Shown here one piece after another: positions 49,329 through 59,277 of a DNA stretch of 62,601 nt. Positions within the stretch are counted from its first letter, which is position 1, and every line of letters begins with the position of its first letter. Below the pieces are notes generated by a model. That model saw only the letters and a list, made by a program, of their open reading frames with translations, searched no databases and was not told where the DNA came from. Source of the DNA: an uncultured Actinomycetes bacterium (GTDB lineage: Bacteria > Actinomycetota > Thermoleophilia > UBA2241); the NCBI GenBank assembly GCA_963767005.1, contig CAVYCN010000016.1:1-62601 (forward strand). The letters are read 5' to 3'. A program made the translations under genes and the position numbers.

Positions 49329-50348
49329 GTGAATCGTCGTCGGGGAATCACCGCTATCGGCGCGCCCGCCGTCGCGTCGCTACTCGCGGCGGCGGCGCTC
49401 ACGCGCGCGCTCGTGCGCCGCGCCGAACGGCGCTACCCACGACCGGCCGGCGCGGTCACCGTCGACGGCGTCGAGCTGCGCTACACGGTCACGGGAGCAG
49501 GCCGGCCGGTCGTGCTGGTGCACGGCCTGCTCGGCTCGACCTACGACTACGACGCGCTGGCCGCCCTGCTGTCGGCGCGCTTCCGGGTGATCGCCTTCGA
49601 CCGTCCCGGCAACGGCTACAGCACGGCCCCGCCGGGCGAGGGTCAGACACCGATCGGTCAGGCCTACCTGCTGCACGAGGCGATCCGCCGTCTCGGCGTC
49701 GAGCGACCCCTGATCGTAGGGTACTCGCTGGGCGCCGCGGTGGCGGTAGCCTGGGCCGAGCTCTACCCCGACGACGTGGCCGCCGTGGTCACCGTCGGCG
49801 GCCACGTCATGCCCTATCGCCTGCCGGTCGCGCGCCTGGCGCGCCTGCTGCGCCTGCCGCTGCTCGGCCGCCTGGTCGCCGGCACCCTGCTCGTGCCGAT
49901 TGCCTACCCCGTCGGCCACGAACTGCTCGCCCTGGCCTGCTCGCCGCAGCCGCTGCCGCAAGCGTACGCGGGCGCCGCCCTGGCGGTGGCGCTGCGTCCG
50001 GGGCCCTTTCGCCACGCCGCCGAAGACCTCGAGCGCGCGTCCGCCGACCTGCGCACGCTGGCCGGCGGCTACGGCGCGCTCGACGTGCCCTTCGTCGTCG
50101 TGGTCGGCGCCTACGACCGGATCGCGCCGGCGGCCGAGTCCGAGGCCTTCCACCGGCGCCTGCGCCACTCGCGCCTGATCGTCGTCGGCGACGGCGGCCA
50201 CGCGCTGCACGTCACCCACGCACCGGCGGTGGCCGCCGCCGTCGAGGCCGCCTGGAGCATGGCCGACCGGGCCGTCGCCGACCGGGACGCGGCGGCCGGA
50301 GTCGGCGGTCCGAGTGACGAGGCGGCGGCCGGCGCGGCGTCGGCCTGA
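49329..50348 (+). CDS. Alpha/beta hydrolase
   Basis: LVHG, DRPGNGYS, GYSLG, GGH. Confidence 0.85.
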   Translation: MNRRRGITAIGAPAVASLLAAAALTRALVRRAERRYPRPAGAVTVDGVELRYTVTGAGRPVVLVHGLLGSTYDYDALAALLSARFRVIAFDRPGNGYSTAPPGEGQTPIGQAYLLHEAIRRLGVERPLIVGYSLGAAVAVAWAELYPDDVAAVVTVGGHVMPYRLPVARLARLLRLPLLGRLVAGTLLVPIAYPVGHELLALACSPQPLPQAYAGAALAVALRPGPFRHAAEDLERASADLRTLAGGYGALDVPFVVVVGAYDRIAPAAESEAFHRRLRHSRLIVVGDGGHALHVTHAPAVAAAVEAAWSMADRAVADRDAAAGVGGPSDEAAAGAASA

Positions 50349-50427
50349 CGGCCGGCCGGGCGTAGCGCGCCGTGCCGAGGCCCCCCTCACGTTGCGCCCC
50401 CCGGGGGCCGCGGGTAGACTCGCTGAT

Positions 50428-50697
50428 GGCCGCGCTAGGCGGGGAGCCAGCGGTGCCCTGTACCCGCAATCCGCTACAGCGGGGCTGAATCCCCGCCCGA
50501 GGGGCCGTCCCGCGGAGCAGTCGGCCGATGCGCGGCGTCGATGGCCGGGCCCCACGCAATGGGAACCTGCGAACCCCGTCAGGTCCGGGAGGAAGCAGCG
50601 GTAAGTAGGCGCTCCCATGTGCCGTGGGTTCTCCTGGCCGGAGCTTGCGCCCGGCAAAGGCGTCCGGAGGATGAGCTTCGACGGCGGGTGCGCGGCC
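50428..50697 (+). ncRNA. ffs: SRP RNA, large (Alu-containing) bacterial type
   Basis: gtcaggtccgggaggaagcagc core. 5' Alu gcggtgccctgtacccgcaatccgct. Ends pair (ggccgcgc/gcgcggcc). TAGACT -10 upstream, T run downstream. Confidence 0.92.
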
Positions 50698-50740
50698 GCT
50701 TTTTGATCCTTGCGCGCGCGGATCGTCTGGCGGAGGCCGC

Positions 50741-51136
50741 ATGAGCTTCACAGGCGTCGTCATCGAGGAGAGCCTGGCCGATCCCGGCGTGCTGCGCCGC
50801 CTGCGCGTCGTGGCGACGAAGATCGAGCCCGTCACCGCCGGGCATCGCACGCCCTGGCTGACGCGCTGGACCCTGCACACGATCGCGGTCGCCGACGACG
50901 AGGCGGCGGCCGTCGCCGAGCTCCTGAGCGGCGCCTTGCTGCCGGGCCACTGGTACGCCGACTTCAAGGGCGAGCGCCAGCACTACGTCGTGTTCCCCGG
51001 CAAGGTCTTCGTCGTCGAGCGCGACCGCCCCGAGCAGTACGACGCCGTCGTGGCGCACGGGCTCGAGTGCGGCATCCCCGCGCACCAGCTCGACTTCTCG
51101 CCGGCGATCGCCGACTGGCAGCGGCCCGCGACCTGA
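50741..51136 (+). CDS. Conserved hypothetical protein
   Basis: GVVIEESL...WTLH...WYADF...YVVF..KVF...GIP..QLDF. GGAGG RBS. Confidence 0.75.
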   Translation: MSFTGVVIEESLADPGVLRRLRVVATKIEPVTAGHRTPWLTRWTLHTIAVADDEAAAVAELLSGALLPGHWYADFKGERQHYVVFPGKVFVVERDRPEQYDAVVAHGLECGIPAHQLDFSPAIADWQRPAT

Positions 51137-51199
51137 CCCGGTCGTCACCGCGCCGCTTCTTTCACCGCTTGGCCCCCTCCGGGTACACTAGGCGCGCCC

Positions 51200-53080
51200 A
51201 TGGAGCTCTCTCTCTACCGCAAATACCGGCCGCAGACCTTCGCCGAGATCGCCGGCCAGGACCACGTCTCGCAGACGCTGCGCAACGCCGTGAGCAGCGG
51301 CGCGGTGGCGCACGCCTACGTGTTCGCCGGCTCGCGCGGCACCGGCAAGACGAGCATGGCCAAGATCCTCGCCAAGGCGCTCAACTGCACCGGCGCCGAT
51401 CCCGAGCACCCGGTCACGGCGCCGACCGTCACGCCCTGCGGCGTGTGCGAGAGCTGCCGCGCCATCGCCGCCTCGACGGCGCTCGACGTGATCGAGATGG
51501 ACGCCGCCTCAAACCGCGGCATCGACGACATCCGCGAGCTGCGCGACAAGGTCGGCTACGCGCCGGTCCAGGGCCGCTCCAAGGTCTACATCGTAGACGA
51601 GGCCCACATGCTCACCAAGGAGGCCTTCAACGCCCTCCTCAAGACCCTCGAAGAGCCGCCGCCGCACGTCGTCTTCGTGCTCGCCACGACCGAGGTCCAC
51701 AAGATACCGGCGACCATCCTGTCGCGCTGCCAGCGCTTCGACTTTCGCCGCCCGCGCGTGCACGACATCGCCATGGTGCTGAGCCAGATCGCGGCCAGCG
51801 AGAAGATCGACGTCGACGAGCCGGCCGTGCTCGAGATCTCCCGCCACGCCGAGGGCGGCTTTCGCGATGCGATCGGCACGCTCGAGAAGCTCGCCACGTA
51901 CTTCGGCGGCGTCGCCATCACGTCGCGCGAGGTGCTCGACGTGCTCGGTGTGATCGACAGCGAGGTGCTCTTCGAGATCGTCGACATCGTGATCGAGCGC
52001 GACCCGGCCGGCGTGCTGCTCTTCGTGCAGCGCCTGGCCGAGCGCGGCACGAGCTACCCGCAGTTCATCCACGACCTGCTGCGCCATCTGCGCCAGATCT
52101 TCCTCGTCCAGTACCTGAGCGACGTGGCCGACGACCCCGCCACGCTGGTCGCCCTCTCGCAGAACCTCGAGATCGACGAGCAGCTCCTCGACCGGCTCGG
52201 CCGCCAGGCCCATCAGTTGAGCGGCCGCGAGCTGCTGCGCCTGATCGAGCTGCTGGGCAACGCCCAGACCGAGATCCGCGGCGGGCTCGACCCGCGCCTG
52301 CAGCTCGAGATGGCGCTCGTCAAGGCGGCCCGGCCCGAGGTCGACCACTCGCCCGACGCCCTCGAGGAGCGTCTGCGGCGCCTCGAATCGGGCAGCGTGC
52401 CCATGACCCGGCCGGCCGGCGGCGCCACGAGTCGCGCGGCCGAGACGCCCGCCGCGCGAGCCGGCGCCCAGCCGGCGGCCGCGGCCTCGCTCGCCCGCTC
52501 GGCGGCCGCCGCGGCGGCGCCCCCGGCGCCGGCCAAGGCGGCGGCGGCGGCCGAGACCGGCGCGACGCCGGCCGTACCCGCACCCGCTGCGGCGCAGGCC
52601 GCGGCCGCGGCGCCCGCAGCCGAGGCCGAAGGCGGCGCCGGGCCGGCCCCTGAAGCGCCGGCCGAGCAGCCGCCGGCCGGCGAGCCCGCGGCGGCGCCCG
52701 CAGCCGAGGCCGAAGGCGGCGCCGGTCGCGTCAAGCGCGCCTGGCAGCTCGTGCTGCAGCAGGCCGAGGCGCAGAGCGTGGCGCTGTTCGCCGTGCTCAA
52801 GGACGCGCGCGTGCACGCCGACGGCGAGCGCCTGATCGTGACCCTGCCCTCGAGCCTCGCCTACGGCAAGGCCTCCACCCCCGACAACCGCGAGCTGCTG
52901 GCCGCCATCATCGTGCGCACGACGGGCGACACGCCGCAGCTCGAGTACGAGCTCGCAAGCGGGCCCGACGCTCCGGCGCAGCCGCAGGCCGCGCCGTCCG
53001 ACCCGGGCCTCACCATCGCCCAACGCATCGCGCTCGCCAAGCGCGAGCTCGAGGCGAGCGACCTCCACGACGACGACTAA
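51200..53080 (+). CDS. dnaX: DNA polymerase III gamma/tau
   Basis: [25 protein letters not shown]. Confidence 0.97.
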   Translation: MELSLYRKYRPQTFAEIAGQDHVSQTLRNAVSSGAVAHAYVFAGSRGTGKTSMAKILAKALNCTGADPEHPVTAPTVTPCGVCESCRAIAASTALDVIEMDAASNRGIDDIRELRDKVGYAPVQGRSKVYIVDEAHMLTKEAFNALLKTLEEPPPHVVFVLATTEVHKIPATILSRCQRFDFRRPRVHDIAMVLSQIAASEKIDVDEPAVLEISRHAEGGFRDAIGTLEKLATYFGGVAITSREVLDVLGVIDSEVLFEIVDIVIERDPAGVLLFVQRLAERGTSYPQFIHDLLRHLRQIFLVQYLSDVADDPATLVALSQNLEIDEQLLDRLGRQAHQLSGRELLRLIELLGNAQTEIRGGLDPRLQLEMALVKAARPEVDHSPDALEERLRRLESGSVPMTRPAGGATSRAAETPAARAGAQPAAAASLARSAAAAAAPPAPAKAAAAAETGATPAVPAPAAAQAAAAAPAAEAEGGAGPAPEAPAEQPPAGEPAAAPAAEAEGGAGRVKRAWQLVLQQAEAQSVALFAVLKDARVHADGERLIVTLPSSLAYGKASTPDNRELLAAIIVRTTGDTPQLEYELASGPDAPAQPQAAPSDPGLTIAQRIALAKRELEASDLHDDD

Positions 53081-53094
53081 GGAGAGACGCCTTC

Positions 53095-53418
53095 ATGAAC
53101 CCGCAGTACCAGAAGATGCTCCGCCAGGTCCAGGACATGCAGAAGGCCATGGCCAAGGCCCAGGAGGAGCTCGCCCAGGAGACCGTCGAAGCGAGCGCCG
53201 GGGGCGGCACGGTCACGGTCGTCGTGACGGGCAGCCTCGAGGTGCGTGAGGTGCGCATCGACCCCGCCGCCGTCGACCCCGACGACGTCGAGATGCTGCA
53301 GGACCTGGTCACCGCCGCCACCAACGAGGCGCTGCGCGCCGCTCAGGCGCTCGCCCAGCAGAAGCTGGGCGGCGCGACGTCGGGCGTCGACCTGCCCAAC
53401 ATCCCGGGCCTGTTCTAG
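53095..53418 (+). CDS. ybaB: YbaB/EbfC nucleoid-associated protein
   Basis: [17 protein letters not shown], plus synteny with dnaX and recR. Confidence 0.95.
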   Translation: MNPQYQKMLRQVQDMQKAMAKAQEELAQETVEASAGGGTVTVVVTGSLEVREVRIDPAAVDPDDVEMLQDLVTAATNEALRAAQALAQQKLGGATSGVDLPNIPGLF

Positions 53419-53717
53419 GCCGCGCACCCGCCCGACACCGGCGGCCCCGCGCCCTTTCGGCAAGCCGATCGCGGGCCGCGCCGCGGCCGCCAACCGCCCG
53501 GCGGCCATTGAAGGCCGCCACGCGGTTGGCTATCCTTGCGATAGCGGACGCTTTTGCTCCGCTAAGGTAAGCGACGGACCGCCCATGCGAGGCCTGTTGC
53601 CCACCGTGATGGGCCTCTGTAAGATTGCGTGTTGGCGCCTCCCGTGTTTTGGGCCGGCGGTGCGCCACATTGTCCCAACGACGACGGGACCGTCTGTGCT
53701 GCTAGGAGTGACCATCG

Positions 53718-54320
53718 TTGTATTCACCTGCGGTTGAGCGCCTGATCACGGAGCTGTCCAAGCTCCCCGGCATCGGCCCCCGCACAGCGCAGCGGCTCGC
53801 GTTCCACATCCTCAAGACCCGGCCCGAAGAGATCCTCCCCCTGGCCACGGCCATCACCGAGGTCAAGGAGAAGATCGGCTTCTGCAGGCGCTGCTTCAAC
53901 CTGGCCGAGGGCGAGCTCTGCACGATCTGCGCCGACGCGCGTCGTGACCAGTCGCTGCTCTGCGTGGTCGAGCAGCCGGCCGACATCATCCCGATCGAGC
54001 GCACCCGCGAGTATCGCGGCCTGTACCACGTGCTCGGCGGGGCGCTGTCGCCGCTCGACGGGGTCGACCCCGGCGACCTGCACCTGGCCGAGCTGACCGA
54101 ACGCGTCGCGGCGGGTGTCGACGAGGTCATCGTCGCCACCAACCCGACGATGACCGGCGAGGCGACGGCGCTCTACATCGCCGACCTGCTGCCGCCCGGC
54201 GTGCGCGTGTCGCGCCTGGCGAGCGGCCTGCCGGTCGGCGGCGATCTCGAGTACGCCGACGAGCTCACGCTCGGGCGGGCGTTCACGGGACGGCGCGAGA
54301 TGCGACACGACACGGCCTGA
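53718..54320 (+). CDS. recR: Recombination protein RecR
   Basis: LPGIGPRTAQR, C4 zinc finger, GEATA, LEYAD. Confidence 0.97.
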   Translation: MYSPAVERLITELSKLPGIGPRTAQRLAFHILKTRPEEILPLATAITEVKEKIGFCRRCFNLAEGELCTICADARRDQSLLCVVEQPADIIPIERTREYRGLYHVLGGALSPLDGVDPGDLHLAELTERVAAGVDEVIVATNPTMTGEATALYIADLLPPGVRVSRLASGLPVGGDLEYADELTLGRAFTGRREMRHDTA

Positions 54321-54338
54321 ACGACCGCGGAGGACGAC

Positions 54339-54941
54339 GTGAAGACGGCGACCAGCAAGGCAAAGCACGAAGTGGCTCTGACCGAGATCCGGTGGCACGG
54401 CCGCGGCGGCCAGGGCGCGGTGACCGCGGCCAAGATGGTCGCCGAGGTCGCCCTGGGCCAGCAGAAACACTTTCAGGCGTTCCCCGAGTACGGTCCCGAA
54501 CGCTCGGGCGCGCCGATCGTCGCCTTCACGCGCATCAGCGACGAGCCCATCCAGATCTTCTCGGGCGTCGAGCACCCCGGCATCGTCGCCGTGCTCGATC
54601 CGTCGCTGCTCACCATCGTCGACGTCACCAAGGGCGCGCCCGACGACGCCATCGTGCTGATCAACAGCGACCTGCCGCCGGCGGCGCTGCGCGCCAAGGC
54701 GCACATGCAGGGTCGCAAGCTCTACACGGTGGCGGCTACCAAGATCGCCGTCGAGACGATCGGCCGGGCGATCCCCAACACGCCGATGGTCGGCGCCCTG
54801 GTGCGCATCGCCGGCCTGTTCCCGCTCGAGAGCGTGGTCTCGTTCATGCGCGCCGAGTTCGGCAAGAAGTTCCCGCCCAAGGTGGTCGAGGGCAACGTGG
54901 CCGCCCTGACGCGTGCCTACGAGGAGGTCCAGGGCGAATGA
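54339..54941 (+). CDS. porC: 2-oxoacid (pyruvate):ferredoxin oxidoreductase gamma subunit
   Basis: HGRGGQG, PEYGPERSGAP, PNTPMVGA. Confidence 0.93.
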   Translation: MKTATSKAKHEVALTEIRWHGRGGQGAVTAAKMVAEVALGQQKHFQAFPEYGPERSGAPIVAFTRISDEPIQIFSGVEHPGIVAVLDPSLLTIVDVTKGAPDDAIVLINSDLPPAALRAKAHMQGRKLYTVAATKIAVETIGRAIPNTPMVGALVRIAGLFPLESVVSFMRAEFGKKFPPKVVEGNVAALTRAYEEVQGE

Positions 54942-55327
54942 CGCCACAAAAGAAGAGCGCCACTCAGAAGAAGCCCGCCGCGGCCGGCGCGCGCCCGCCG
55001 CGCGCCGCCAAGCCCAAGGCCAAGCACTGGGACATCGAGGGCATCGACGACTGGGGCGCGAGCCGCCACGAGCTCGGCGCCACCATCCCGACCGCCGGCA
55101 ACTCGGTCGAGAACGAGACCGGCGGCTGGCGCACCAACGTGCCGACCATCGACCCCGCCAAGTGCACCGGCTGCATGCTCTGCTACTTCTACTGCCCCGA
55201 CGCCTCGATCCTGATCGAGAACGACGTGGCGACGGGCGTCGATCTCAAGCACTGCAAGGGCTGCGGCATCTGTGCCGCCGAGTGCCCGGCTGGTGCGATC
55301 ACCATGAGCGTCGAGGAGAAGGAGTAG
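54938..55327 (+). CDS. porD: POR delta subunit (2x[4Fe-4S])
   Basis: TGGWR, CTGCMLC..YCPD, CKGCGICAAECP. Confidence 0.92.
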   Translation: MTPQKKSATQKKPAAAGARPPRAAKPKAKHWDIEGIDDWGASRHELGATIPTAGNSVENETGGWRTNVPTIDPAKCTGCMLCYFYCPDASILIENDVATGVDLKHCKGCGICAAECPAGAITMSVEEKE

Positions 55328-55329
55328 CC

Positions 55330-56532
55330 GTGGCTACCGTCGCACCCATCCTCGCGGTCACCGGCAACGAGGCCGTCGCCGAAGCGATGCGCCAGGTCAA
55401 CCCCGACGTCGTGGCCGCCTACCCCATCACGCCGCAGACCGAGATCGTGCAGATCTTCGCCCAGTACGTCGCCGACGGAAAGGTCGACACCGAGTTCGTC
55501 ACGGTCGAGAGCGAGCACTCGGCGATGAGCGCGGCCATCGGCTCCGCCGCCGGCGGCGCCCGCACCATGACGGCGACGAGCTCGCAGGGCCTCGCCCTCA
55601 TGTGGGAGCTCCTGCACGTCGCCTCGGGCTACCGCCTGCCGATCGTCATGGCCAACGTCAACCGTGCCCTGTCGGGGCCGATCAACATCCACTGCGATCA
55701 CTCCGACTCCATGGGCGCGCGCGACACCGGCTGGGTCCAGCTCTACGGCGAGGCCCACCAGGAGGCCTACGACAACCACCTCATGGCGGTGCGCATCGCC
55801 GAGCATCCCGACGTCCGCACGCCCGTCATGACCATGACCGACGGCTTCATCGTGAGCGGCGCCATCGGCCCGCTCCAGGAGCTCGAGACCGAGCAGGTGC
55901 AAGACTTCATCGGGCCCTTCAAGGCGATCAACCCGATGCTCGACACCGCGCACCCGGTCACGGTCGGCCCGTTCGACGGCCTGCACGGCTGGTTCTTCGA
56001 GCACAAGTCGGCCCAGCAGGCGGCCATGGACCGTGCCCTCAAGGTGGTCGACGAGATCGACCGCGAGTACGCCGCCCTGTCGGGCCGCCGCTACGACCTG
56101 CTCGACCCGTACCGCATGGACGACGCCGACTTCGCCATCGTGGTGGTCGGCTCCACGGCCGGCGCCACGCGCATGGTCGTCGACAAGCTGCGCGACCAGG
56201 GCGTGAAGGCCGGCATGATCCGCGTGCGGCTGTTCCGCCCGTTCCCCGCCGCCCAGTACGCCAAGCTGCTGAGCCGCTGCAAGGTGGTCGGCGTGCTCGA
56301 TCGCGCCGAGTCGTTCGGCGCCCAGGGCGGCCCGCTGTTCCTCGAGGTGCGCGCGGCGCTCTACGACTGCGACCCGCACCCCAAGGTGCTGCCCTTCATC
56401 TACGGCCTCGGCGGCCGCGACATCTTCCCCGACAACATCGAAGAGGCGTTCTCGGCGCTGCGCAAGGCGGGATCGGCCAAGAAGGTCGACACCCGACGGC
56501 GCTACCTCAACTTGCGCAAGGACGAGGTGTGA
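55330..56532 (+). CDS. porA: POR alpha subunit
   Basis: YPITPQT, ESEHSAMS, ATSSQG, GLGGRD. Confidence 0.95.
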   Translation: MATVAPILAVTGNEAVAEAMRQVNPDVVAAYPITPQTEIVQIFAQYVADGKVDTEFVTVESEHSAMSAAIGSAAGGARTMTATSSQGLALMWELLHVASGYRLPIVMANVNRALSGPINIHCDHSDSMGARDTGWVQLYGEAHQEAYDNHLMAVRIAEHPDVRTPVMTMTDGFIVSGAIGPLQELETEQVQDFIGPFKAINPMLDTAHPVTVGPFDGLHGWFFEHKSAQQAAMDRALKVVDEIDREYAALSGRRYDLLDPYRMDDADFAIVVVGSTAGATRMVVDKLRDQGVKAGMIRVRLFRPFPAAQYAKLLSRCKVVGVLDRAESFGAQGGPLFLEVRAALYDCDPHPKVLPFIYGLGGRDIFPDNIEEAFSALRKAGSAKKVDTRRRYLNLRKDEV

Positions 56533-56534
56533 CC

Positions 56535-57362
56535 ATGGCGATCAGGACCAACGGCAAGCCCAAGGACGCCGCGCCCGGCGCGAGCCTGTACGAGGTGATC
56601 AAGGGCATCGACTTCGAAAAGCGCGAGCTGCTCGGCAAGCCCCGCGGCCGCGGCCTCTTCGACCTCGTGCGCGACCGCGACGGCGCCCTGCGCTGCTACG
56701 CCTGCACGCTGTGCGAGCGCGCCTGTCCCACCGACTGCATCGAGATCGACTACTGCCCCGAGCACCCCGAGCTGCCGTTCGACGCGGCGGCGGCCCGCGA
56801 GGCGGCCCTGAACGCGCTGCCGCCGGGGGCGAGCTGCGGCGCGGGCTCGGCCTGCGTGATCGGCGAGGAGCCGACGCCGCGCATGCTGCTGCCCGAGATC
56901 GACATGAAGCTCTTCGACGCGGTCGCCGCCAGGCTGCGCGACGGCTCCGGCCTGATCGAGGCGCTGCACACCACCCAGGAGACCTTCGGCTGGCTGCCGC
57001 GCCGCGCCCTCGAAGAGATCGCGGCCGAGCTCAAGGTGCCGTTCTCGAAGGTCTACGGCGTGGCCAGCTTCTACAACCAGTTCCGCCTGGAGCCGGTCGG
57101 CAAGTACGTGATCAGCGTCTGCCTGGGCACGGCCTGCCACGTGGCCGGCGCGCCGCTCGTCGTCGAAGCCTTCTCGCAGGAGCTCGAGGTCGAGGTCGGC
57201 GGCACCACCCCCGACATGCTCTTCACGCTGCAGACGGTGAACTGCGTGGGCGCCTGCGCCCTGGCCCCGGCCGTACGCATCGGCGACGAGGAGACCCACG
57301 GACGCATGACCCCGGCGAGCGCCCGCAAGCTCGTCACGACGCTGCGCCGCAAGGAGGCCTGA
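56535..57362 (+). CDS. NuoE/HydC(BfuC)-like [2Fe-2S] subunit with an N-terminal half-NuoI 4Fe-4S domain
   Basis: RDRDGALRCYACTLCERACP, followed by VCLGTACH...CVGACALAP. Confidence 0.85.
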   Translation: MAIRTNGKPKDAAPGASLYEVIKGIDFEKRELLGKPRGRGLFDLVRDRDGALRCYACTLCERACPTDCIEIDYCPEHPELPFDAAAAREAALNALPPGASCGAGSACVIGEEPTPRMLLPEIDMKLFDAVAARLRDGSGLIEALHTTQETFGWLPRRALEEIAAELKVPFSKVYGVASFYNQFRLEPVGKYVISVCLGTACHVAGAPLVVEAFSQELEVEVGGTTPDMLFTLQTVNCVGACALAPAVRIGDEETHGRMTPASARKLVTTLRRKEA

Positions 57363-57363
57363 G

Positions 57364-59277
57364 GTGGCTGCCAAGACTGCCAAGACACTCACCCGGGCCA
57401 AGCGCGTCGAGGCCGCCCTGGCGGCCGCGCTACGGCCCGAGAACACGACCGGCGGCGAGGGCACGGTCAAGATCCGCGTCTGCGCCGGCACTACCTGCAA
57501 CGCCTCGGGCCGCGCCGAGCTCGTCGCGGCCCTCGCCGCCGAGCTCGAGCGGCGCGGCCTGACCGACACGGTCACCGTCGTCGAGACCGGCTGCCACGGC
57601 CTGTGCCAGGAGGGCCCGATCGCCGTCGTGCACCCGAAGGGCATCTTCTACCCGCGCCTCAAGCCGCGCGACATGGCGGCGATCGTCGAGACGAGCGTCG
57701 TCGGCGACGGCGTCGTGGAGCGTCTGCTCTACCACGACCCGGCGACCGACCAGCCGATCGAGCTCGAGAGCGAGGTGCCGTTCTACGCCCGCCAGCACCG
57801 CGTGGCGCGCGCCATCAACGGCTTCATCGACCCAACCTCGATCGACGACTACCTGGCGCGCGGCGGCTACGCGGCGCTTGCCAAGGTGCTCGCCGCCGAC
57901 GACCCCGTGGCCGTCATCGACGAGGTCGAGCAGGCCGGCCTGCGCGGCCGCGGCGGCGCCGGCTTCCCGGCCGGCAAGAAGTGGCGCTACTGCCGCGAGA
58001 ACCCGGGCGACAAGCACTACATCATCTGCAACGGCGACGAGGGCGACCCCGGCGCCTTCATGGATCGCGCCGTGCTCGAGGACAACCCGCACTCGGTGAT
58101 CGAGGGCATGCTGATCGCGGCCTTCGCGATGAGCTCCGACGAGGGCTACATCTACGTGCGTCACGAGTACCCGCTGGCCGTCGCCCGGCTGCGTCACGCC
58201 CTCGAGCAGGCGCGCGAGCGCGGCCTGCTCGGCAGTGACATCCTGAACACCGGCTGGGACTTCGACCTGCGCATCAACCAGGGCGCGGGCGCCTTCGTCT
58301 GCGGCGAGTCCACGGCCCTCACGGCGAGCATCGAGGGCAACCGTGGCATGCCGCGCGGCAAGCACATCCGCACGGTCGCCCACGGCCTCTACCAGCAGCC
58401 CACCAGCCTGAACAACGTCGAGACCTACGCCACTGTGCCCTGGATCGTGAACCACGGCGCCAAGGCCTTCGCGGCGATGGGCACCGCGACCTCGAAGGGC
58501 ACCAAGATCTTCTCGCTCACCGGCAAGGTGCGAAACTCCGGCCTGGTCGAGGTGCCGATGGGCACCACCCTGCGCGAGGTGATCTTCGACATCGGCGGCG
58601 GCATGCTGCCCGGCCGCGAGTTCAAGGCCGTGCAGCTCGGCGGCCCCTCGGGCGGCTGCCTGCCGGCCGAGCTGCTCGATACGCCGATCGACTTCGAGAG
58701 CCTCACTGCCTACGGCTCGATGATGGGCTCGGGCGGCATGGTCGTGACCGACGACTCCACCTGCATGGTCGACTTCGCCAAGTACTTCTTCGCCTTCACG
58801 GCGCAGGAGTCGTGCGGCAAGTGCGTGCCCTGCCGCGTGGGCACCCAGCGCATGCTCGAGATCCTCGAGCGCATCTGCGCCGGCGAGGGCACGCTCGACG
58901 ACCTCGACCGTCTCGAGCAGCTCTCCGAGGACGTGATCGAGGGCTCGCTCTGCCAGCTCGGCGGCAGCGCCCCCAACCCGGTGCTCACCACGCTGCGCTA
59001 CTTCCGCGACGAGTACGTCGCCCACGTCGTCGACAAGCGCTGCCCGGCCAGGGTCTGCCGGCCGCTCATCCGCTACACCGTGAACGACAACTGCACGGGC
59101 TGCTACGCCTGCACCATGGCCTGCCCCACCAAGGCGGTCAAGGGCGAGCGCAAGAAGCTCCAGAAGATCGACCAGAGACTCTGTACCAAGTGCGACACCT
59201 GTCGCCAGGTCTGCAACTTCGACGCCATCACGGTCGAGACCGGCGTGCTGGCCACCGTGGGAGGGAGGTCGAAATGA
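57364..59277 (+). CDS. NuoF/HydB(BfuB)-like FMN/NAD subunit
   Basis: N-terminal [2Fe-2S], GLRGRGGAGFP, DEGDPGAFMD, FVCGES, GGPSGGC, ESCGKC.PCR, C-terminal 2x[4Fe-4S]. Confidence 0.92.
   Translation: MAAKTAKTLTRAKRVEAALAAALRPENTTGGEGTVKIRVCAGTTCNASGRAELVAALAAELERRGLTDTVTVVETGCHGLCQEGPIAVVHPKGIFYPRLKPRDMAAIVETSVVGDGVVERLLYHDPATDQPIELESEVPFYARQHRVARAINGFIDPTSIDDYLARGGYAALAKVLAADDPVAVIDEVEQAGLRGRGGAGFPAGKKWRYCRENPGDKHYIICNGDEGDPGAFMDRAVLEDNPHSVIEGMLIAAFAMSSDEGYIYVRHEYPLAVARLRHALEQARERGLLGSDILNTGWDFDLRINQGAGAFVCGESTALTASIEGNRGMPRGKHIRTVAHGLYQQPTSLNNVETYATVPWIVNHGAKAFAAMGTATSKGTKIFSLTGKVRNSGLVEVPMGTTLREVIFDIGGGMLPGREFKAVQLGGPSGGCLPAELLDTPIDFESLTAYGSMMGSGGMVVTDDSTCMVDFAKYFFAFTAQESCGKCVPCRVGTQRMLEILERICAGEGTLDDLDRLEQLSEDVIEGSLCQLGGSAPNPVLTTLRYFRDEYVAHVVDKRCPARVCRPLIRYTVNDNCTGCYACTMACPTKAVKGERKKLQKIDQRLCTKCDTCRQVCNFDAITVETGVLATVGGRSK

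Noticed and set aside
52607-52725. 35-bp direct repeat and possible programmed frameshift in dnaX
   Set aside because: Repeat lies in the low-complexity Ala/Pro linker. No A6G slippery site seen.
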